Positions 1 to 6,024 of a stretch of DNA of 15,805 nucleotides are shown here, piece after piece. A program made the position numbers and the translations under genes. Within the stretch, counting starts at the first letter, position 1, and every line of letters starts with the position of its first letter. This DNA is from a virus (taxonomy: Duplodnaviria > Heunggongvirae > Uroviricota > Caudoviricetes), in the IMG/VR virus record IMGVR_UViG_2541047722_000005. The stretch is one strand, 5' to 3'. Below the pieces are notes generated by a model, which worked only from the letters and a program-made list of their open reading frames with translations, was not told where the DNA came from and searched no databases.

Positions 1-165
1 CTCATGCTGGCGAACCCAGACACGCAGAGTCTCCGGCGTACAGCCAATCTTTGGAGCAATGGAACAAATTGTCGCCCATTGTGAGTCATATTCGCTCTGA
101 CTTTCCAGAACCATACGGACTGCCCGTTGACGGACTTCGGGGGAAAAACGAGTATTTTTAGTCAT
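1..165 (-). CDS. IS3-family transposase OrfA, N-terminal 55 codons (partial, 3' end outside window)
   Basis: ATG at revcomp 163-165, SD-like AGAGG upstream on the minus strand (revcomp of ~173-177); frame runs open to the window edge; sequence recognised as IS3-family OrfA. Confidence 0.8.
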   Translation of the reverse strand, partial: MTKNTRFSPEVRQRAVRMVLESQSEYDSQWATICSIAPKIGCTPETLRVWVRQHE

Positions 166-219
166 CCTGTTTACCTCTTTCTCAGGAAGTTTAGTCTCCA
201 GGATTCCCGGGGCGGTTCA
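1..219 (-). mobile_element. IS3-family insertion sequence, left end only (IS629/IS1203-like); element continues beyond the window's left edge
   Basis: Minus strand 165..1 translates from ATG (revcomp of 163-165) as [55 protein letters not shown], which I recognise as the N-terminus of an IS3-family OrfA (HTH transposase subunit). The terminal sequence TGAACCGCCCCGGGAATCCTGGAGACTAAACTTCCTGAG (revcomp of 181-219) matches my memory of the IS629 terminal inverted repeat. Exact IS name is from recall, not a search. Confidence 0.8.
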
Positions 220-518
220 GCGCTGTATCGTCGCCGTATTCCCGCATTAACCATGACCGTAGCCCGACGGGGAATTCCTTCTGCGTGAGTGTGCGGGAAT
301 AATTAAAAACGATGCACACCGGGTTTTTACCGCGTTAATGATTCGCGGGTTTATCCCGGTGCGATGGTGGAAGAAACAGGAAGCTGTATTACAGAAAGTG
401 CTACTACTGTATCCCGATGCGATGTATGTAATGTGAGTCAGATAATGGCACAGGATGTGGTGATGTGGCAGTCTGGAACACAGGATATATTGTCAGAATA
501 AGACCCGTAGGAATAAAA

Positions 519-845
519 ATGAAAAGACGCCTTTTACTACTTTTTCTGTTATCTGTCCTGGCAGTGGGATGCTCGCAGCAAAAAGCTGATGAGCCCCGGC
601 AATTAGTGACGGTGTATCCACGATATCCGGAATATGCTGCAGCAAATTATATCAAGGGGCTGGTTGAGGTTAAGTTCGATATTGGTGCTGATGGGACTGT
701 GACACGGATCGTTTTTCTCCGCTCAGAGCCTCATAATTTGTTTCGTGATGAAGTGGTGAAGGCCATGGCGAAATGGCGATTTGAAAAGAATCGCCCCTGT
801 CAGGGAGTGAAGAGACAATTTATCTTTACGCCGTCACGTCCTTGA
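519..845 (+). CDS. Lipoprotein with TonB C-terminal-like domain (108 aa); moron-like accessory gene
   Basis: ATG 519 preceded by AGGA (509-512). N-terminus MKRRLLLLFLLSVLAVGC is a typical signal peptide with lipobox-like LAVG|C, Ser at +2. Residues ~30-100 (VYPRYPEYAAANYIKGLVEVKFDIGADGTVTRIVFLRSEPHNLFRDEVVKAMAKWRFE) align by eye with the E. coli TonB C-terminal domain as recalled (YP..A...I.G.V.VKFD...DG.V......S.P...F..EV..AM..WR.E). The upstream GTG at 465 in the ORF track is rejected as the start. Confidence 0.7.
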   Translation: MKRRLLLLFLLSVLAVGCSQQKADEPRQLVTVYPRYPEYAAANYIKGLVEVKFDIGADGTVTRIVFLRSEPHNLFRDEVVKAMAKWRFEKNRPCQGVKRQFIFTPSRP

Positions 846-937
846 TGCTTCCAGGTAGAGAGGGGCTGGAAGCAGGAGAAAAATGAAAGAGCCAGCGGTT
901 ATATTTTTGTCATGGCTGACGAGGAATGATGGAAGAA

Positions 938-985
938 GGCGTTGTATGCCACACAACGCCTCACTGTTCATTTCTTCTTTTTCTC
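938..985 (+). terminator. Candidate intrinsic terminator downstream of the lipoprotein gene
   Basis: Perfect 8-bp stem GGCGTTGT (938-945) / ACAACGCC (953-960) with 7-nt loop, followed by a T-rich tract tcactgttcatttcttctttttctc. The U-tract is interrupted, so strength is uncertain. Confidence 0.4.
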
Positions 986-1208
986 TGGTGGAACCCGATG
1001 AATAAGAGTTGCACTGGTTTCCGATGAGATGGCGATATACTCGGGCAAAGTATGCTGGCAGTTTTCCAACTGGTCAAAAATACCTGCTCTCGTCTGTTGC
1101 AATGCCTGCAGCATGCGGCGGCAATGCGCCTTGCTTTTACTAACCATCTTTCCTTCCTCTATCAGTCGCTGCGTGAACTCATCATGGAATACCAGGTAAA
1201 TGCGGATG

Positions 1209-1460
1209 TTATCGGTTTTGGCTACGCAGCATAGTACAAAACGGACAGGTGCATCCCGGGACGGGGGAGGCGTCACATGTCCCTGTGATGGTTGTTCCGG
1301 GTAATGTACTGTGTGGGGCATAAAAATGTCCGATAATTTTACTTTCTACCGCAGTTAGTTGATTCGTTGGTCCTGGTAGCACATTGGGCGAGGATTTAAA
1401 TGCCAGGCAACTGAAGGATGATGTCGCAAGGGAGATAGCGAGAATATTTCTGATTTTCAT
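1209..1460 (-). CDS. Hypothetical small secreted Cys-rich protein (83 aa precursor)
   Basis: Minus-strand ATG (revcomp 1458-1460) with AGAGG about 9 nt upstream. N-terminus MKIRNILAISLATSSFSCLA looks like a Sec signal peptide (basic n-region, hydrophobic core, small residue at -1). The mature part ends with a C-x6-C-x-C-x2-C cluster (GTCDASPVPGCTCPFC). No homologue recognised; it sits in the position and orientation that bor occupies in lambda. Confidence 0.35.
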   Translation of the reverse strand: MKIRNILAISLATSSFSCLAFKSSPNVLPGPTNQLTAVESKIIGHFYAPHSTLPGTTITGTCDASPVPGCTCPFCTMLRSQNR

Positions 1461-1608
1461 TTGATGATGCCTCTGTGTGAAATGACGGTAAACGACGCAC
1501 TTGTGCCGGCACATAATAGCAAGCACCATAATAGATCAGATTCGATTCTTGCTGTAAGTGATAATTATTCTCGTTTTCGGGTCCTTTCCGTCGATCCAAC
1601 AGGTTACG

Positions 1609-1620
1609 GGGCGGCGACCT
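1609..1620. other. cosN: cosN cohesive-end sequence (GGGCGGCGACCT)
   Basis: aggttacgGGGCGGCGACCTcgcgg at 1601-1625 matches my recollection of the lambda cos junction (right end ...AGGTTACG joined to left end GGGCGGCGACCTCGCGG...). It lies ~180 bp upstream of the Nu1 homologue, as in lambda. Confidence 0.85.
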
Positions 1621-1796
1621 CGCGGTTTTTCACTATTTATGAAAATTTTTCAGGGAAAATCGTGTCGGTACTTCTCGAATATAACTTTTTGTTTTTTTTA
1701 ATATTGCATCCGTAAAGGTCCGACATGAAAGTGTCCGAAAATGCCTTTTTCTGGCGTTTTCATGTCGGGCCTTGTATTTGATAATGGGTTGTTTTC
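1621..1796 (+). promoter_or_regulatory. cosB: cosB-like terminase-binding region between cosN and Nu1
   Basis: Position is equivalent to lambda cosB. Sequence follows lambda for ~30 bp after cosN (cgcgg.ttttc.ctatttatgaaaatttt) then diverges. It contains the inverted repeat CCGACATGAAA (1720-1730) / TTTCATGTCGG (1758-1768) and a partial direct copy GTCCGAAAATG (1733-1743), which are candidate small-terminase (R-site-like) binding elements. Confidence 0.55.
1720..1768. repeat. 11-bp inverted repeat CCGACATGAAA / TTTCATGTCGG inside cosB-like region
   Basis: Exact reverse-complement match read directly from the sequence; arms separated by 27 bp. Confidence 0.7.
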
Positions 1797-2345
1797 ATGA
1801 AGGTTAATAAAAAGAGGCTTGCCGAAATTTTCAACGTGGACCCGCGGACGATTGAACGCTGGCAGTCTCAGGGACTCCCTTGCGCCTCCAAAGGCAGTAA
1901 GGGCATTGAATCTGTATTTGATACTGCCATGGCAATTCAGTGGTATGCGCAGAGGGAAACTGATATCGAAAACGAAAAGCTCCGCAAAGAACTGGACGAT
2001 TTGCGTGCGGCAGCGGAGTCAGATTTACAACCCGGCACCATTGACTATGAACGCTACCGGCTCACAAAAGCGCAGGCAGATGCGCAGGAACTGAAAAATG
2101 CCCGTGAAGACGGAGTAGTGCTGGAAACTGAACTGTTTACCTTCATTCTGCAACGTGTGGCACAGGAGATTTCGGGGATACTTGTGCGTGTGCCGTTGAC
2201 ATTACAGCGTAAATATCCGGACATTTCACCATCACACCTTGATGTGGTGAAAACTGAAATCGCGAAAGCCTCCAATGTTGCAGCTAAGGCCGGTGAAAAC
2301 GTGGGCGGGTGGATCGATGATTTCAGACGCACAGAAGGCAGCTAA
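1797..2345 (+). CDS. nu1: Terminase small subunit (Nu1 homologue, 182 aa)
   Basis: [26 protein letters not shown]... aligns along its full length with lambda Nu1 as recalled (MEVNKKQLADIFGASIRTIQNWQEQG...; conserved [33 protein letters not shown]); N-terminal HTH; first gene after cos. Confidence 0.9.
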   Translation: MKVNKKRLAEIFNVDPRTIERWQSQGLPCASKGSKGIESVFDTAMAIQWYAQRETDIENEKLRKELDDLRAAAESDLQPGTIDYERYRLTKAQADAQELKNAREDGVVLETELFTFILQRVAQEISGILVRVPLTLQRKYPDISPSHLDVVKTEIAKASNVAAKAGENVGGWIDDFRRTEGS

Positions 2346-4245
2346 TGCAGCCGGTGCGATAGCTACAGGGCTTTTATCTCTCATTATTCCTGTTCCACTG
2401 ACGACAGTTCAGTGGGCCAATAAACATTATTACCTTCCTAAAGAGTCGTCTTATACCCCGGGGCGGTGGGAAACACTGCCGTTTCAGGTTGGCATCATGA
2501 ACTGTATGGGCAACGATCTGATTCGCACGGTTAACCTGATTAAATCTGCCCGTGTTGGTTATACAAAGATGTTGCTGGGAGTGGAGGCTTATTTTATTGA
2601 GCATAAATCACGCAACAGCCTTCTTTTTCAGCCCACGGACTCAGCTGCTGAAGATTTTATGAAATCTCATGTTGAGCCAACGATAAGGGATGTTCCTGCA
2701 TTGCTGGAGCTGGCTCCATGGTTCGGAAGAAAACACCGCGATAATACGCTCACCCTGAAGCGTTTTTCCTCCGGTGTGGGGTTCTGGTGTCTGGGTGGTG
2801 CGGCAGCAAAAAACTACCGTGAAAAATCCGTGGATGTGGTCTGTTATGACGAGCTTTCCTCGTTCGAACCGGATGTTGAAAAAGAGGGTTCGCCAACCCT
2901 GCTGGGGGATAAACGTATTGAGGGCTCTGTATGGCCAAAATCCATTCGCGGCTCGACGCCTAAAATCAAAGGCTCCTGCCAGATCGAAAAAGCCGCTAAC
3001 GAGTCGGCACACTTCATGCGTTTTTATGTGCCCTGTCCGCACTGTGGGGAGGAGCAGTATCTGAAATTTGGCGATGATGCCTCGCCTTTCGGTCTTAAGT
3101 GGGAGAAGAATAAGCCAGAAAGTGTTTTCTACCTTTGTGAGCATCATGGCTGTGTGATCCATCAGTCTGAGCTTGACCAGAGTAACGGGCGGTGGATCTG
3201 TGAAAACACGGGCATGTGGACCCGTGACGGCCTGATGTTTTTCAGCGCCCGGGGTGATGAAATTCCGCCGCCGCGCTCCATCACTTTCCATATCTGGACG
3301 GCGTACAGTCCGTTCACCACCTGGGTACAGATTGTCTATGACTGGCTGGATGCACTGAAAGATCCCAACGGCCTGAAAACCTTTGTGAACACCACGCTGG
3401 GCGAGACCTGGGAAGAGGCTGTGGGCGAAAAACTCGATCACCAGGTGCTGATGGATAAGGTTGTGCGTTACACGGCGGCGGTGCCTGCCCGGGTGGTTTA
3501 TCTGACGGCGGGCATTGACTCGCAGCGAAACCGTTTTGAGATGTATGTCTGGGGATGGGCTCCGGGAGAGGAAGCCTTTCTGGTGGATAAAATCATCATT
3601 ATGGGGCGTCCCGATGAGGAAGAGACGCTGTTACGTGTGGATGCGGCGATCAACAAAAAATACCGCCATGCAGACGGAACCGAAATGACCATTTCCCGTG
3701 TCTGCTGGGACATCGGGGGGATCGATGGCGAAATCGTTTATCAGAGGTCAAAAAAACACGGTGTTTTCCGGGTGCTGCCGGTAAAAGGCGCATCTGTCTA
3801 TGGCAAGCCGGTGATCACCATGCCAAAAACCCGCAATCAGCGGGGCGTGTATCTGTGTGAAGTGGGGACGGACACCGCAAAAGAAATTCTCTATGCCCGT
3901 ATGAAAGCCGATCCCACGCCTGTGGATGAAGCCACGTCGTATGCTATCCGTTTTCCTGATGATCCGGAGATTTTTTCGCAGACAGAGGCGCAGCAACTGG
4001 TCGCGGAAGAGCTTGTGGAGAAGTGGGAAAAAGGAAAGATGCGTCTGCTGTGGGATAACAAAAAGCGGCGTAACGAAGCGCTGGACTGCCTGGTGTATGC
4101 CTACGCGGCATTACGTGTGTCCGTGCAACGCTGGCAGCTTGATCTGGCTGTACTGGCAAAATCCCGGGAAGAAGAGACGACCCGGCCAACCCTTAAAGAA
4201 CTGGCAGCGAAGCTGTCCGGAGGAGTGAATGGTTACAGTCGCTGA
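2317..4245 (+). CDS. A: Terminase large subunit (gpA homologue, 642 aa from ATG 2317)
   Basis: Strong colinear similarity to lambda gpA as recalled ([80 protein letters not shown]). Start chosen at ATG 2317 (MISDAQK...), overlapping the Nu1 3' end by 29 nt as in lambda; the track ORF starts further upstream at 2275. Confidence 0.9.
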   Translation: MISDAQKAANAAGAIATGLLSLIIPVPLTTVQWANKHYYLPKESSYTPGRWETLPFQVGIMNCMGNDLIRTVNLIKSARVGYTKMLLGVEAYFIEHKSRNSLLFQPTDSAAEDFMKSHVEPTIRDVPALLELAPWFGRKHRDNTLTLKRFSSGVGFWCLGGAAAKNYREKSVDVVCYDELSSFEPDVEKEGSPTLLGDKRIEGSVWPKSIRGSTPKIKGSCQIEKAANESAHFMRFYVPCPHCGEEQYLKFGDDASPFGLKWEKNKPESVFYLCEHHGCVIHQSELDQSNGRWICENTGMWTRDGLMFFSARGDEIPPPRSITFHIWTAYSPFTTWVQIVYDWLDALKDPNGLKTFVNTTLGETWEEAVGEKLDHQVLMDKVVRYTAAVPARVVYLTAGIDSQRNRFEMYVWGWAPGEEAFLVDKIIIMGRPDEEETLLRVDAAINKKYRHADGTEMTISRVCWDIGGIDGEIVYQRSKKHGVFRVLPVKGASVYGKPVITMPKTRNQRGVYLCEVGTDTAKEILYARMKADPTPVDEATSYAIRFPDDPEIFSQTEAQQLVAEELVEKWEKGKMRLLWDNKKRRNEALDCLVYAYAALRVSVQRWQLDLAVLAKSREEETTRPTLKELAAKLSGGVNGYSR

Positions 4246-4435
4246 ACTGCAGGCGCTGCGTCAGGCGCGCCTTGATTTATTAACCGGTAAACGGGTGGTG
4301 TCTGTCCAGAAAGATGGTCGCAGAATTGAATATACGGCGGCTTCTCTGGATGAGCTTAACCGGGCGATCAATGATGCGGAGTCGGTACTGGGGACAACCC
4401 GGTGTCGCCGTCGTCCGCTGGGAGTGAGGTTATGA
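4229..4435 (+). CDS. W: Head-tail joining protein W homologue (68 aa)
   Basis: [40 protein letters not shown]... resembles lambda gpW as recalled ([23 protein letters not shown]). ATG 4229 overlaps the end of A. Confidence 0.85.
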   Translation: MVTVAELQALRQARLDLLTGKRVVSVQKDGRRIEYTAASLDELNRAINDAESVLGTTRCRRRPLGVRL

Positions 4436-6024
4436 AACGAACGCCTGTCCTGATTGATGTGAACGGCGTTCCGCTTCGTGAGAGTCTCAGCTACAACGGG
4501 GGCGGTGCAGGATTTGGCGGGCAAATGGCTGAGTGGTTGCCACCGGCGCAGAGTGCCGATGCGGCCCTGCTGCCCGCGTTGCGTCTGGGGAATGCCCGGG
4601 CAGATGATCTGGTGCGCAATAACGGAATAGCGGCTAATGCGGTGGCTCTGCATAAGGATCACATTGTCGGGCATATGTTTCTGATCAGCTACCGTCCGAA
4701 CTGGCGCTGGCTGGGGATGCGGGAGACCGCAGCAAAAAGCTTTGTCGATGAGGTGGAGGCGGCCTGGTCGGAATACGCCGAAGGGATGTTTGGCGAGATC
4801 GACGTGGAAGGAAAACGCACGTTCACGGAATTTATCCGTGAAGGTGTGGGCGTTCATGCGTTTAACGGCGAAATCTTTGTGCAGCCGGTCTGGGATACGG
4901 AAACCACGCAGTTATTCCGTACGCGTTTTAAAGCCGTGAGTCCGAAACGGGTGGACACGCCTGGACACGGTATGGGGAACCGTTTTCTGCGGGCCGGTGT
5001 GGAGGTCGATCGATATGGCCGTGCCGTCGCGTACCATATCTGTGAGGATGATTTTCCGTTCTCTGGTAGTGGACGATGGGAACGGATCCCGCGTGAACTT
5101 CCCACCGGGCGTCCGGCCATGCTGCATATTTTCGAGCCGGTGGAGGACGGGCAGACCCGTGGGGCTAATCAGTTTTACAGCGTCATGGAACGGCTGAAGA
5201 TGCTCGATTCCCTGCAGGCAACACAGCTTCAGTCGGCCATAGTGAAGGCGATGTATGCAGCGACGATTGAAAGTGAACTTGATACCGAAAAGGCCTTTGA
5301 ATATATCGCCGGCGCGCCACAGGAGCAGAAGGATAATCCGCTTATTAATATTCTGGAGAAGTTTTCCAGCTGGTATGACACGAATAACGTGACACTGGGC
5401 GGTGTCAAAATTCCGCACCTTTTCCCTGGTGATGATCTGAAACTACAGACTGCGCAGGATTCAGACAATGGATTTTCTGCGCTTGAACAGGCGCTGCTGC
5501 GGTATATCGCCGCCGGTCTTGGCGTTTCCTACGAACAGTTGTCCCGTGATTACTCGAAGGTCAGTTACTCAAGTGCCCGCGCCTCCGCCAATGAGTCGTG
5601 GCGCTATTTTATGGGGCGGCGAAAATTTATTGCGGCCCGGCTGGCCACGCAGATGTTTTCCTGCTGGCTGGAAGAGGCACTTCTTCGGGGGATTATTCGT
5701 CCGCCACGGGCACGTTTTGATTTTTATCAGGCGCGATCAGCCTGGTCACGGGCAGAGTGGATTGGTGCCGGAAGAATGGCCATTGACGGGCTCAAGGAAG
5801 TCCAGGAATCAGTGATGCGCATTGAGGCCGGACTGAGCACGTATGAGAAAGAGCTGGCGCTGATGGGCGAGGATTATCAGGACATTTTCCGCCAGCAGGT
5901 CAGGGAATCTGCTGAGCGGCAAAAAGCCGGACTCTCACGTCCGGTGTGGATAGCGCAGGCGTATCAGCAGCAGATAGCGGAGAGTCGCAGGCCGGAAGAG
6001 GAGACAACACCACGTGAGACGTAA
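4432..6024 (+). CDS. B: Portal protein (gpB homologue, 530 aa from ATG 4432)
   Basis: Extensive similarity to lambda gpB as recalled (NARADDLVRNNG.AANA, FEPVEDGQTRGAN.FYSVME, LQSAIVKAMYAATIESELDT, LLRYIAAGLGVSYEQLSR, GRMAIDGLKEVQE). ATG 4432 overlaps the W stop (ATGA). Confidence 0.9.
   Translation: MKRTPVLIDVNGVPLRESLSYNGGGAGFGGQMAEWLPPAQSADAALLPALRLGNARADDLVRNNGIAANAVALHKDHIVGHMFLISYRPNWRWLGMRETAAKSFVDEVEAAWSEYAEGMFGEIDVEGKRTFTEFIREGVGVHAFNGEIFVQPVWDTETTQLFRTRFKAVSPKRVDTPGHGMGNRFLRAGVEVDRYGRAVAYHICEDDFPFSGSGRWERIPRELPTGRPAMLHIFEPVEDGQTRGANQFYSVMERLKMLDSLQATQLQSAIVKAMYAATIESELDTEKAFEYIAGAPQEQKDNPLINILEKFSSWYDTNNVTLGGVKIPHLFPGDDLKLQTAQDSDNGFSALEQALLRYIAAGLGVSYEQLSRDYSKVSYSSARASANESWRYFMGRRKFIAARLATQMFSCWLEEALLRGIIRPPRARFDFYQARSAWSRAEWIGAGRMAIDGLKEVQESVMRIEAGLSTYEKELALMGEDYQDIFRQQVRESAERQKAGLSRPVWIAQAYQQQIAESRRPEEETTPRET

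Noticed and set aside
465-518. Upstream GTG-initiated extension of the lipoprotein ORF (track ORF 465..845)
   Set aside because: The extension (VAVWNTGYIVRIRPVGIK) precedes an ATG with a good SD and a canonical signal peptide beginning exactly at MKRR; a lipoprotein signal must be N-terminal, so ATG 519 is the likelier start.
1052-1234. Plus-strand 60-aa ORF
   Set aside because: Short, no start context or features; lies in low-coding DNA and overlaps other candidate ORFs.
968-1321. Minus-strand 117-aa ORF
   Set aside because: No recognisable domain or signal; its C-terminus (PPEKKKK) is the translation of the T-rich terminator tract and it overlaps the candidate secreted-peptide ORF in another frame. 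It could be a remnant or, joined to the 1209-1460 ORF by a frameshift, a pseudogene, but there is no support for a functional gene.
1461-1715. Plus-strand 84-aa ORF spanning cosN
   Set aside because: It runs through the cos cleavage site and cosB-like region, which are DNA-level sites in lambda-like phages; the reading frame is probably fortuitous.
1819-2094. Alternative-frame + strand ORFs inside Nu1, A and other genes (e.g. 1819-2094, 2774-3064, 3926-4228, 10367-10612, 10914-11144)
   Set aside because: Embedded in out-of-frame register within well-supported genes; no evidence of independent function.
2275-2316. Longer N-terminal extension of the large terminase (track ORF begins at 2275)
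   Set aside because: Alignment with the lambda gpA N-terminus and the lambda-like Nu1/A overlap favour ATG 2317; the first 14 codons are just open frame within Nu1.
2641-3441. Long antisense ORF within the terminase gene (266 aa), and similar minus-strand ORFs at 4261-4857, 4912-5418, 6029-6604, 12896-13474, 13514-14044, 13990-14508, 14764-15249, 15129-15779
   Set aside because: All lie entirely antisense to strongly supported, lambda-homologous genes in GC-rich DNA where long spurious antisense ORFs are expected; none has a recognisable motif.
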